Assembly: GCA_907165135.1 (NCBI GenBank) | Contig: OU015566.1 | Location: forward strand, 13,640,001 to 13,704,000 | DNA: 64,000 bases | Direction: 5' to 3' | Origin: Oikopleura dioica | Taxonomy: Eukaryota; Animalia; Chordata | Shown here: piece by piece, positions 22,219 to 35,100 of the stretch | How the letters are laid out: each line of letters starts with the position of its first letter | Position numbering within the stretch: position 1 is the stretch's first letter | Program-made: the position numbers and the translations under genes | Notes under the pieces: model-generated | Seen by the model: the letters and a program-made list of their open reading frames with translations, nothing else | What the model was told of the DNA's origin: nothing | The model's database searches: none

Positions 22219-23870
22219 GAATTACAAGGAAGAAAATTGATTTTGACTCTCTGAAGAAAAAGAAATCTTTCAAAAAAGCAACGAAAATATTGGAATTTCG
22301 ATCATTTAACGAAAAGTCGATCTTTAAAATTGAACTTTTGAAGAATAGCTCGTTTGCAATTTCATCCGATTTTTTTGAAGAAACAATCGTTTTGGAGGAT
22401 CTTTTTAACTTCCGGTGGACAACGATCGAAGTCGTGTTTGAAACGAAAAGAGACCTTTATCTTACTCTCAAGAAAAGCAAAAAGAAACTTGCTGAAAGAA
22501 AAATCAGTGGTCTCAAAAAGATGGAAGAAAAAAGAATAAAAGTATATAAATTTGACGACGAAACCGTTATCAAAAATGTCTTTTTCTTTCAAAACCCACC
22601 GAGTCAAATTTTCGGTATGTTAGCGGAAAAGTATAAATATCCGAAATTATTTGCACTGTCTGGAGATGGTTCTAAAAGATGGTACGACAATAGTAAAGTA
22701 TCTATTCCGACAAATCTTGCGTATAATTTCTATCTGTCTATATTTGCTGTTGTGAGTGGTAAACTGCATATTTTTGGCGGCTGGATGGATAGAACAATAG
22801 TAGGATTGCTTCATAGAAACTCATTTATTAACTGTTTTCGAGATTGTGAGGCTTGATAAATGCGACCTAGAGGCTCTTCGAACTCGTTTTCAAAGGGATT
22901 ATTATTCTGGAAGCTCTGCTTTGTCTATTACAAGTGGAACTGAAGGTATGAACGAAGGTTCTGAATAGCGCCGCCTTGCGCCACCTTGGGCCGTCTTGCG
23001 CCGCCCTGCGCCGCCCGGTCCGGCTCAAACTGGGTCTCGTCTGGGCGGCGCAAGGTGGCGCTTTTCAGTTACTCCCGTATCATCCGCAATTAAAGTATTT
23101 TTATGATTGTTTGAAGCACTTGTATGTTTTGATGGCGACCGTAATAATAAGTTTAAAAAATGCGAAATATTTGATGGTACTGCTGTTCGAGATCTCCCAT
23201 TCCCGGCAAATCAAGGGCACTGGAAAGGTGGACTTGCTTTTTATAAAGGATTGCCAACAGTAATCGGCGGTCAAAATTGGCCCAATACGAATTATGGGTA
23301 CACAGAAACCTACACAGAAAATGGTTGGGAAAAACTCCCCTCTCACGAAAGGTCTTTTCAAAAAAAAATCTTTTGCTGAGCAGGATTTTAGATATTTAAA
23401 CAGTCATTCTGTTGTTGGATTGCCGTCTGGATCGATCGCTACCTTGGGAGGTTATGATTGGAAGGAAGGTGAATATCTAAATGAGATTTGGGTGCTTGGG
23501 GAGGTTGAGTGGAGGATAATTGGTAATTTACTGCAGGTAAGAAAAAAAATGGAAAAATATTTGTATTATTTATATTTTCAGTTTAATAATTACGGATCCG
23601 TCATTCTCGCGGACAATTCTTTGTATCTTTTCCCTGGTGAAAGCAGGGACTTTACAAAAATGATACAGAGAATCAGACTAGGAAAGGTTGACCGCTTTTT
23701 GGCAAAAAGCTTTTTGAAAATCGAACTCAATGGTCAATTCCGGAAAAGACGGCGATGAGGTCGTTGGCGTCGAGACTATTGGATATAATGACAAATATTA
23801 CGATAAACCAATTTTATTCCTCGCGCCCATGAATTATTGCACTGTAAAATATCATTTTAGAAAATAATAA
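22219..23870 (+). CDS. Kelch-like beta-propeller protein, multi-exon; start uncertain
   Basis: Motifs KLHIFGG, ALVCFDG..KKCEIFDG, PTVIGG, IATLGG..NEIW and SLYLFPG..IQRI lie in successive exons. Confidence 0.65.
22967..23062. mobile_element. GC-rich mini inverted-repeat element in an intron
   Basis: TIRs agcgccgccttgcgcc / ggcgcaaggtggcgct with internal TGCGCC repeats. Sharp GC spike. Confidence 0.7.
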
Positions 23871-23964
23871 ATTTTTTTAGCCAACGTATTTTTGAAAATT
23901 TCAGTCATTTCCGGCTAGAGTTTTACCTCAGTCAATTAATATTTATTTTTTCTTTGTATGAAAA

Positions 23965-26120
23965 ATGTTAGAGGAAGAGAAAGCTCAATTAATTTCAGCA
24001 AAAGAAAAACGAGGAATTGATTATTTATGGGAAAAATTGCCGCATTTCTCCTGGTACCAACTCCGCATTACAGCCATGGCGGGCTACAGTGCTGTTATAG
24101 GTGGTTTCATGGCGGTTTATCCTGTTTTTGCGCAGCTCAAGCCTCCTCATCGATGTCAGACAGAGTTGGATAAGAGAGATGGATTCAGTTGGCTCTCGTG
24201 GGAGGAGATAAAAGCGTTGACTACAGGTGGGTCTACCTGTAATCGGGCGGAAATGAATGATGGATGCGGGCACTGTATTTTTGACTCAACAGTTCTCGAA
24301 TCATGTAACCATCAGGAGAGTTTTGAGAGCCTTAAAACCTGTCTTGGAAATTCAAGCGCGACTTGGTCAGAATCATGCAACGGGCAATTCAATTTCGACC
24401 GGTCCTTGAGCAACATGACGAATAAGTTCTTTAACAAGGGCGAGCCGTGGGAAACCGCGGTGACGGAGTTCAAGCTCATCTGCGGCGACGAGTGGTTTGA
24501 CTCGCTTTCAACAAGTCTTGCGCTTCTGATGCTGGCTGCGGGCGCTTTTATAGCTGGAATTTACGGTGATAGATTCGGGCGGAAAAATGCGATTCAAGTG
24601 TGGAACTTTATAACTGCTATTTGTCTCACAATCCATGCTTTTGCTCCGAATAAATACGTATTTATGATCATGCGAGCTCTGGGCAACGGTTTCGGGCACA
24701 TCTCCTACTTGGCTCAGAAAACTTATGCAATGGAACTTACTGGCCCCTCGAAGCGACACATAACTGGACCTCTTGGAAGCGTGTATTTTGCTCTTGGGTA
24801 TGTTTTGTCCGGAACCGTGGCTTATTTTTTCCCGAGCTGGAGAGATTTGACCTTGGTTTATGCCTTCATTGCTTTTGCTACTCTTTTGACCCTTCCTTTC
24901 TATCCTGAGTCGCCGATGTTTTTGTACTCCCGTGGGAAGACGGAAGAAGCCAGGAAAATATTTCGGGAAATGGGGAGAAGAACTGGGACGAGGATATCAG
25001 ATGAGTTGCTGGAAAAGGTTGAAGGAGACATTCTGAAGAACGATCAAAAGGAGAGGGATGATGAAGCGATTGCAGAGCAGTATTCGATTCTGGATCTTTT
25101 CAGGAAATGAATTTGACCAATAAGATTGCAGAAATGAGTTTTTTGGCCAATAAGAAGCTCTTTGAATACCGATGAAAGTTGGGTTTGACCCTTGACCAAA
25201 TCCCGATTAAGCGACACCTTGTGAGCGTATTTCGCTTTTTCATGAAGGGCGGAGGACCCCGCCTGCTGGAAGACTCCCTCTGTATGAGAAGGAATCTCTT
25301 CTCGGTATATAAAATTGAAATCGGCCAAGATTAAAAATTCATTTGAAGACATCGGAATTTATCGATAGTCTCGATTCTTGTCGGTGTTGCTTTTGTTGCA
25401 AACACCCTTGTCTACTACGGTCTCGTTTTCAACGTCGCCCGCTTTGCTGGAAATCTTTACGTCAACAACACGATCAACGGCAGCGTGGAAGTTCTAGCTT
25501 ATGTTGTTCTAGGATTGACTCTCGATAGATTTGGAAGAAGATGGATCGCGGGTGGGTTTTTAGTCCTCGGCGGAATCGCTTGTTTGGCTTGTATGGCGCT
25601 GGAAGAAGTGGCGAAGAATGCGGCTGATCCTTCAAATGCTTTGGAGCTGCAAAGATGGATGGCTTTTTTGGGGCATTTGTTCATTTCGGGATCGTTTGGG
25701 GCGATGTACATTTACGGAGTGGAGTTGTTTCCGACTCCCCTGAGAAGTACTGGAATTGGCTTTGGTTCCATTTGCGGGAGATTCGGGTCGGTTCTAGCGC
25801 CTTTTATCATTCAAATTAAAAACCGATCGATTGTGTATTTGGTAATTTTTTTCAAAATTAATCAAACCGAGCAATTTTGAGATTTTCGGAGCTGTTGGAG
25901 TCATTGGAGGAGCATTTGTCTTTTTACTCCCAGAAACTGCGGTAAAAACATTCATCAAAAGGGTTTTCTGTCTTATAGACATTTTAAGGGCGTGCCTCTC
26001 TGTCAAACTTTGGAAGAATCGCTCGATTTTTACGAGAAATCGAACAAAAAATTGGGAAGCTATTTTTACAAACGAAGAAGGAAACTGTCAGAAACGAGCA
26101 AAAAAGAAACCGATTTGTGA
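23965..26120 (+). CDS. SLC22: SLC22-family organic cation/anion transporter, tandem copy A
   Basis: TAVTEFKLIC, DRFGRK, MELTGP, PESPMFL, LDLFR, YYGL, ELFPTPLRSTG and LPET MFS/SLC22 motifs. Introns at 25104-25348 (GA-AG) and near 25843 and 25943. Confidence 0.92.
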
Positions 26121-26761
26121 TACTTCTGCAATAAAAAGGGTTTTGATTGCTTTCACCTTGAGTCAGAATTAAACTTTTGCTCATGTTTCATCTCATAATT
26201 CGGCCGAAATCAGCTTTGTTTTGTCTCTTTCACCTAAGGATCTTTTGATAACCCTCTTAACAGAAGAAGTCTAAGATGAGATTAGCTTCAATTTTTGTTC
26301 ATTGTTCAACTTGATTTCAATGAAACTAACTTCTACTTTTTACATCACAGGAGGCAAAGAAGGCAGCTTGAATTGCAAGTTTATCGTATTTTAGAAGCAG
26401 GGTGCAAATGATGGCCTGTTACGCCACATGCGCTGTTTCCAAAGCAACTTTAAATGTCACGAGAAAATCATATTATGGTTACTTTAATCCTTTTTGATCG
26501 AGTTACTGGGACGAGCTGTAGCACGTGTGATCTAATTTTCCATCTTTTCATCATCGTCAAAAAATCAGCATTTTTTTGTTAATAACCGTAATGCTTATGT
26601 TTACAATCTGTCAATTCTGATGTTGATCCACAAGTTTTTGTCACTTCGGAATGCTCATTGACCGAAATTCGCGAGTGCTTTTAGTGCAAATTTGCTCTGT
26701 ACCAAAACGGATTTTCTATCGCTCATTTATTGCCCTCAGAATGTAAAAATCTTGGCAAGAG

Positions 26762-28791
26762 ATGGCGGGAGAAGAAGCTAACGGGTCGAAATTGATAATA
26801 AGTTGATAAATTTTCGTGGAAAATTTTGCTATTTCCGGAAAAGAGAAACGCGGAATCGACTTTTTATGGGAAAAACTGCCGCATATCTCGCTGTACCAGA
26901 TGAGAATCACTGGCATGGCGAGCTATGCTGGGATTTTAGGGGGCTTTATGGCGATGTATCCGGTTTTTGCGCAGTACACGCCTCCTTATCGATGCGAATC
27001 GGTGTTCGACAATAATGATGATTTCAGCTGGCTGACGTGGAAGCAGATTGAGAACCTGACTACTACTGACACGCCATACTGTAGGAATAGCTTGAGATTG
27101 ACGAAACTATAGCTATTTTCTTCAAAATCGTCAATCTTCAAAAAGCGGTTTTGATTCTAGCGACCTTTCTTCTGGCTGCGGTCATTGCGTTTTCGACCCA
27201 ATTTCCATCGATTCTTGCGACCATCAACAAAGCTTCGAAGCCCTCAAAACCTGTCTCGGAAAACCCGCTCAAGAAATCGCCAACTGGACAAATTGCAACG
27301 ACCAATTCAACTTTGACTGTTCTCTTCGAAATAGAACAAATTTGTTGTTTGACGCGGGCGAACCGTGGGAAACCGCCGTTACTCAGTTCAAGCTCATCTG
27401 CGGCGACGAGTGGTTTGACTCGCTTTCAACTGCTCTTGGATTACTGTCGCTCATGATTGGCGCGTATATTGCCGGAATTTATGTGGATAGATTTGGGAGA
27501 AAAAATGCGATCATGGTTTGGAACGTGATCACTGGCATTTGCTTGACGATCCATGCGTTTATGCCGAACCAATACGGTTTTCTTGCGATGCGAGTGCTTG
27601 GAAATGGGCTTGGTCACGTGTCCTATCTTTCTCAAAAAGCTTATTCGATGGAACTTCTTGGTCCTTCCCGCCGAGCTATTTCTGGAGCTCTCGCTAGTGG
27701 GTACTATTCGATCGGATACATCAGTTCTGGTCTCGTTGCTTTCTTTCTTCCTGATTGGAGAGGTTTTACTCTGGCATACGCTGGCATTGCTTTTGCCACT
27801 TTACTGACTCATCCCTTCTATCCAGAGTCCCCGCTGTTTCTCTATTCTAGAGGGAGGAAAGAAGAAGCCAGGAAGGTCTACAAAGAAATGGGAAAAAAGA
27901 CCAACACGGAGATTTCTGATGATTTGCTCGAAAAAGTCGAGCGGGATATTTTGAAGAGAAATGACGATAAAGAGGCGGAAGAAGTAAATGCCGAGCAATA
28001 TACGATTTTGGACCTGTTTCGGCATCGAGATTTGGCGCTTGTTTCATTAAACGTGGGTTTTGCTTTTTTGGTCAATACTCTTGTCTACTACGGGCTATCT
28101 TTCAACGTCGCTTCGTTTGCTGGAAGCATTTATGTGAACAATACGATCAATGGTGTTGTGGAGCTTCTGGGGTACGTTCTAGTGGCCTTATCGCTGGACA
28201 AGTTTGGGAGAAGATGGATAAACGGAGGTTTCATGATCTTCGGCGGCGTGGCTTGTTTAATCTGCATGGCGCTAGAAGAAGCAGCAAGAAAGGCAGACGA
28301 TCCGGCAACTCTTCTTGAGGCGCAGAGATGGATGGCCTTCGCGGGCAAATTTTTCATCTCAGGCTCCTTTGGTGCGATTTATGTCTATGGAGCTGAACTG
28401 TTCCCAACTCCACTAAGAAGTACTGGAATCGGATTTGGTTCGATGTTTGGTCGAATAGGTGGATTTCTAGCGCCGTTTATTATTCAGATCAAGAAAGTGT
28501 ATATTTTCTACCTCGTAAGAATCATTAAAAGAGACATGGAATTAATGATTATTTTAAGATATTTGGTGCTTTTGGTGTTATTGGAGGACTTCTTGTTTTT
28601 CTTTTGCCAGAGACAGCTGTATGTCTCAAAGATTGAAAATAAATGTTCATTAAGATTTTCAGGGACAACCGATTTGCCAAACGCTTGATGAAGCACTAGA
28701 ATTCTACGCTAGGAATAAGAAATCACGAAAATCTGTCAACGTGGAGGAAAACAAATCTGATGAAGAGAATGATTCTTCGACTTATTTTTAG
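26762..28791 (+). CDS. SLC22: SLC22-family transporter, tandem copy B
   Basis: Same motif set, clearly paralogous to copy A (EKRGIDFLWEKLPH, GEPWETAVTQFKLICGDEWFDSLST). Introns at about 26802-26843 and 27085-27160 (GA-AG), plus two near the 3' end. Confidence 0.92.
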
Positions 28792-28938
28792 ACTATTTTT
28801 GCAATAAAAATTCTCATGAAGATCATTTTTTGTCAGGGGTCTAGTTTATTGAGTGAAGGATAAAAAATTATTCTTGAGGAAGAATGGTGATATTCCATCT
28901 GATGAAAAATTCAGCATTTGTATCGCCAGGGTTTTCTT

Positions 28939-30905
28939 TCATGCGTCGTTTTTGGTCCTTCTCGTCTTCGGCGCATTTCAGCATGCCGTCTTCGTCGGGC
29001 TCAATGTTTTTGAAGGAGTAGAGAATCTTGCCATCTCGTCTCATGCAGTCAGCGTTCGCTCGGCAAGGTACTGGATTACCTGAAGAAAAAAATTGAAAAA
29101 GGAAATATTTTCTAAGTCCTACCGTTTTTGGTTAGCCAGAGCTTCCACTCTTCTTTTTTCTCGCTGTCAAAGCAGTTCATATTCAGATAGTAGTCGCCGT
29201 AGCTTTCTCCATATTCTTGATGCCTCGTAAATTTGAAATTGGCACTTTCCATGCCACTGTTAATCGCGCTCAGAACATTCGACACGTATCCTGAAGAAAA
29301 GCCATCGTCCCATCTGACTCTTTCGCCATCAAAGTCATAGAAGCTGCCATATCCATAAGTGGGAGTCCCATGATCGCGAGCTTTGAGTTGTCGTTTCAAA
29401 TCCGCGTTTTGTTCTGCAAGAGTGTTGTTAACAACTTCAAGGGTTTCCATCTCATCAAGAGAAAACTGCAATTCGGCCGGTTCAACTCCGCTCTTCAGCT
29501 GGCTAACAAGACTCTTAATCGACTCGTGGTCGATCAAAGCAGAAGCGCTATCAACCCGATCATCGAGCTCGTCGACCAAACAGCATTTGATGAGCTCCTC
29601 CATCGCTTCTTCTGGAACCTCTTCTCTCTCGACTTGCATGATGTTGTTGAAAGTCTCCATTTTATGAGCGCCGACAAAGGGGTTGACGAAAGTACAGAGC
29701 ATATGGAAAATCACGCCCATAGACCAAGTATCTCGCTTGAAGGTCACATCATCGGTATCAAGAGATTTCAACGTCTCGGGTGGGTAAAAATAGTCGGTAG
29801 TTCCACCATTTCCGCCAGCAATTTGAAGGTCAAGAATTTTGATCTTAAGAAAATTTTCACATGTTAATTTCTCATGTTAATCTTACCTTCTTTCCATCAG
29901 CGGAGATCAAGATGTTTTCAGGGTTGAGCTCTTTGTGAACTTTTTCTTTCTTGCCATGCAAATAATCTGGAAACAAATGTTATGTTTACATTCCAGCAAC
30001 AATCTTACCCATTGCAAAGACAATCTGACTAGCAAGTCTTAACGCGTCATCTTCCGACCAATTTGCTATGAGTTTTAGACCAGTTGGTTCTTCATCCTCC
30101 TCCTCCTCCTCGCCGGGCTCTTCTCCTTCCTCAGCAGCCGCTTCTTCACCTTCTTCTGCAGCATCTTCTTGAGCATCGTCATCTTTCCCTTCATCATCTT
30201 TTTCTCCGTCGTCCTCTCCTTCTTTTCCCCCATCGTCTTCTTCCTCTTTTTCTAAAAGCTCGAATTAGCATAGAATTTTTGATACAAAATTCACCATCTT
30301 TCTCTTCTTTATCTTCTTTCTCGTCTTCCTTCTTTTCCTCAGCATCATCTTCCTTCACTGGAATTATTGCTGGAGCAACAGCTAAAAATTCCAAATCGAC
30401 CTCAAAGGCAAAACACTACTCCTTACCATTTTTCTGCAGATTCGCCAAGAATTCACCGAGATCTCCTCCCGTAAGATACTCGAGAATGAGTCCTCTGTAT
30501 TCGACGTTATTGGGACCAGTGAACCTGACATCATCGAGGAGCTTGGCGAAGAAATCGTTCTTCATGTTGCTCAGGCGCTTAATTTCCTCCTCAGCCTCCT
30601 CATGAGCTTCATCGCTCAAAAGAGGGATTGCTTTCAGGATTTTTTGCTCATAAGCTGAAAATAATCGGAATAATCTTTACACCCTGCTTTACCGAATTGA
30701 TCATCCTCGACGATCCAGTAAAGAGTTGGATCGCTCGTCTTTCTAAACTCCCTGATGCATCTGTAGCGAGAGCCAGAGCCAAAGTAAAAATCTTGCATGT
30801 TCTCTTTTTGCCTTGATGACTGCGCAAAAATGCACTCCGAGGCTGCGCGGCATCGTTATTTAAAGTGTTAGTGTCAATAGTGCTATTTGCTTTTAGAATA
30901 GGCAT
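28939..30905 (-). CDS. Protein-kinase-fold protein, probable pseudokinase, with an acidic insert and a C-terminal extension
   Basis: Subdomains in order: LFTGSSRMI, KILK, EEEIKRL, LEYLTGGDL, QIVFAMDYLH, HKELNPENIL, KILDLQ, YPPE, DTWSMGVIF. All are joined by GT-AG mini-introns. Confidence 0.8.
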
Positions 30906-31462
30906 AACGACAGGACGAAGTTCGATCCTGAATCATGATTTATTGAGGCCGGGAGTGGCCGACAAAATTAAATAACATCAATGCATCGGAATTCTTATGT
31001 ATGATACAGTAGATTCTCTCCTTGGCTTTATGATTCATGTTTTCAAAGAAAAATTACAGTAATAGAAGAAGGAGTACGGGAGAGTTACAAAGTGGCGCAA
31101 TGATTTCGGAATTTGGCAATCAAGCACTGCCATCCAAATTTCTTCTTTAGAAACGCTTCTTACCCTCCATCTGCTTTTCATGGAAAATGAGTCCCTTTTT
31201 GAAAAAAGATTGCGCTAGAATGCCGACTGCGCGTTAGATCAAAGTTGGATCGAACTTGTAAAAGTGGTCGGTCGGTTGTCGGCGAGTTGGGTCAGCAAAT
31301 CAAAGAGGCCCACAATCGCGCCGTCGCGGGTGGAGAACGCATTCTTCGGACTCGTAATCAACGATTCTTACAGCACTCACTTGACGATCCTCCTCCTCGT
31401 CAAAAAACTACTCTTAATTTTGAAATTTGATGAAAAATCTCTTCGTTGATTTCCATTAAAAA

Positions 31463-31751
31463 TCACCGAAATAACTCGATGACTAGAAGTAGGAACAAGA
31501 AGCTAATCATCATGTTGGAGCTCTTAATTCTCATGTTATTCATCGCTAATTTGCAGGGTTGGATTGGTGCTTGTGCAAAGTGGTGGTGCTGCCTGCGGCC
31601 GTGCGCCGCGATCGGGCCCCCCTTAGACTTGACCCTCCATAAGCACTCTGCACAGCTTGCGCGCAATTTATTCTGAGCAAAACACAATTTGAAGGTAGAG
31701 AGACCCTTAAGACACGACCAAAGAAGCCGTCTTTCTTACCAGCGCTTCCAT
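31463..31751 (-). CDS. Possible microprotein of about 70 aa with a C-terminal hydrophobic tail
   Basis: MEAL|NKLRASCAECLW...MMISFLFLLLVIELFR* via a GT-AG intron in phase 0. No family recognised. Confidence 0.3.
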
Positions 31752-32119
31752 AAAAAAGGTATGAAAAGAGGAAAGAAAAATTCGAGGCGGGGACAAAAGG
31801 GATAAGCGTAGTAAAAAAATTTCAAAAAAAATTCTGCTCTCCGGATCGCTCAGAGGGCGCTCGCGATCCAACGCGCGCGAAGTCGGACAATCGGGGACGA
31901 AAATACCGCGCGGGGGCTCCTTAGCGCCACTTAGCGCCGCGCGCACCACCTGTTATTTCGCCACCAAGCAAGATCTTCTGAAAAAAAGCTTGTCAAGCTT
32001 TTTAAAATTTAAGAAAAGTGATTGAATTTTTTGCTGAGTTTCTGGATTCCTTAGAGATCAACAAAGATTATAAGAGATTTTGAGGATCGAAGAAAAAATC
32101 CAAAATTTTGAGCTTATTA

Positions 32120-35100
32120 ATGCCCAATCCGGACAAACGGTATGGTGTAGCCGTACGTTTGTCCGACGATACTGCCAGAAATAAACCCGCGAAAAAGGGG
32201 TTTTTCTCGCATTTTGCTACTTTGCCGAGAAAAAAGAAAAATCAGGTACATTTTTGGACTCATCAAATAAGAAAAAGAGGCCATTCTTCTGGACCCAAAA
32301 TTTGACCAAGTTTTTTTTCGATCAAAAGTCTTTGCCCTCACTTTCTTAGGACTCGAAATAACACAAATTTTTATGACCAAAAAATGAGTTTTGGAGCAAA
32401 AATTTGAGTCGAAACCCGGAATTTTCGGAATTTGACAATTTTTTTTTTGGTCAAAAATAATATTTTGAGTAAAATTTTGAACCCTAACCCTTACCCTCGA
32501 ATTGAATTTTTTTCCTTTTTTTGACTCAGAACTGATTTAAATTTTGAAGCACGTGTTGAATTAGATCTTGCGCCTTTGAAATTTAATGTCAAATTGTATA
32601 AGTTTTTCAATAGGATTTACTCATTGCACCTTTTTTCCTCCCTTCTCAGCTTGGCGGTCTCTATCTCTCAAAATATTTACAATATCTTCATCCCTTTTTG
32701 TCTTGTTTCAAACGTGTTTTGGCTCAATCAAAAGAAAAAAAAACCAACCGGTTATCTTATTTTTTCAAAAATAAAAAATAAAAAACCTCGTTTTTTTTCT
32801 ATTATTCTTTGCGATTTTTACAGTCAATTCAATTGGAATCGACTCAATTGGGTAAACAAGAAGCTTGATTAATCGATTTATTTTGTATTATTAAGAAACA
32901 TTCTAGCACTTGATTTTTAATCGGCCATAATCACAAGATCAAGCGGGAAAAAACGTGGCAATTAAAGGTGTGAGACTCAAGCACCGCGAAAAAAAAAACT
33001 GAAAATTGCCATCTTTCGAAAAGTGTGTTAGTTTAAAGATTTAGAAACTCGTAAACAGATAATTAAAAAAAAGAGCAAGAAAACTGAATCTTTAAATTTC
33101 AGTTTTTGGCTGTCTAAAGCGGGTTTTGAGCGTTTTTGCACGGAAACGCCCATGCTTTGCTAAACGGGTTAAAATTTGAATATGCAAAAAAGTGTTCTTT
33201 TGAGTCATTTTTGAGTGGTAAACGGGTGGCAAATTAAGGGTCTAGCGATCGCTTAAAGTGATTTTTCAAACAGATGTTCAGCAAGAGCTAACACTGTGAC
33301 ACCCTTATTTTCTTTCAGAATTGGAGACCTTTAACCCTCTCCTAGTGAAAACATATTTCAGTGCATAAAGATTAAGGGTGTCACTAGCATAAAAATAAGC
33401 AGACAAATATCCATTTTAAAACCGGTTCTCGATGACTACTCCCTTAAGATTTTCGAGACCCCTTTTAATTTCGTGAAAAATGCGTTAATTGACCAAAACT
33501 CGTAGAATAATTCGAAAATTACAACCACGTGACTTGTAAGAAGCCCACTTTCTAACTGTATTTTGAATAGGACGTAATGAAAAATGTTCACCGACCGGTG
33601 ACGCCGAGCCAAGCCAAGCATCGAAACGCGAGCAACGGAACATGGAGCAGAAACTTCGACGCTCAAAAGAGCCGCTCCCAATCGCTTCCTCGAAACATTC
33701 GCTCTGAAGATCTCGAGCGCAATGATTCCGACATGAGCTACGATCTGCTGGAAAGAACGATCTTCCAACGTGCTCGTCAGACATCCCAAGAAGTCGACAG
33801 ACAAACTCGGCAAGGACGACAGGCTGAGAGAAGATCTGGCAATTCTACTCCTCGATTTTCTCGACCAAGAAGCGTTGGGGCCACCCTTAATCGATCTGGC
33901 CATCTTTCTGGCTCTGATGGAAACAGATATCACTCGAATATCTCTTCTTCTGGACCTGATACAGACAGGCGGACAGACACCGAGTCCTATGACAGGCGAA
34001 AGATGAATAGAAGTCAACCTGGAGGCGCCAGGAGGAATGTGGAGTATGTCAGTGTTACGAATGTGTCGCGAGATGGAACTATTGGAAATACGAGCATGCT
34101 GAGAATGGATGATTCCAAAACCGGGGAGACCAGGTAAAAACCCGTTTTTTTACAATTTTCTCCCTCAATAAGGATTTCTTTTATATATCATTCATCCTAT
34201 CTGATTAATCGAGCTTGGGGGTTTGTTTTAACTTTTGAAAGATCAACCAATCAGAGAGCTTGATGGAAAAAATCGCTATCAGAAGAGACTGATGTAGGAA
34301 TTTTTTTACGATTATGATTTTTCGATCAAGGTCGCTGATTGGTCGAGCTTAAAACTTGAATTTGGATAGTTTAAGATCTACCAATCAGAAAGCTTGATGG
34401 GGAAAATTTTAACTCGTTGATGATAAATGGTTCATTTTCGGCAATATTTGAATTGGACTGTTTGAAATTCTTCGACGCTGGAATTTTTTGACAATGTTTT
34501 GTAAAATTTATTTTACGAGTGCGAATTAACCTTCACCACGTTTTCTGTGGACCGGAAGCCTCGCTTTGAAATAATATTTAGAATTGATGAGATGAGCTCG
34601 GGCAAAGAAATCAAGCGACAATTGATTCGTGCAATGAAAGAGGTAAGGTTACATTCTTCAAAATTCAATTTCTCGGCCAAGTCCTTTAGAAAATTTTCTG
34701 TTTTTGGGAAAATTAGCGAACAGACAGCTGCGAGATTATTAATCTCGCTCATTAGACTAGGAGCTCTAATCCCAGATTCCTGAAATTCCAAAAATTCGTT
34801 ACGTAAAAAAAATAATCCGATTTTAGCTGAAAGATCTTGGATCCGTCGCCAGAGTCATTGACGAAATCGATGATGAAGAATGGCTACTTATGTTCGTTCA
34901 AGGAATGAGTTTTCTTTTTTTAGACAAATAAGAACCATAATTTATGAACCATAAATCAGATTTTTTCTTAGGAAATATGAATTTTTCATTACAGATTCGA
35001 ACGATTCTTCATCATCATCTTTTTTCTCTATTGTGCGACATTTTGTCACGTCTGATTGTTGCTCCCCTCTATTCAAAATCTCTCTTATAAAAACTCGTAT

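Noticed and set aside
30084-30605. Pro/Leu/His/Ser-rich plus-strand ORF
   Set aside because: It is the antisense read of the acidic kinase insert.
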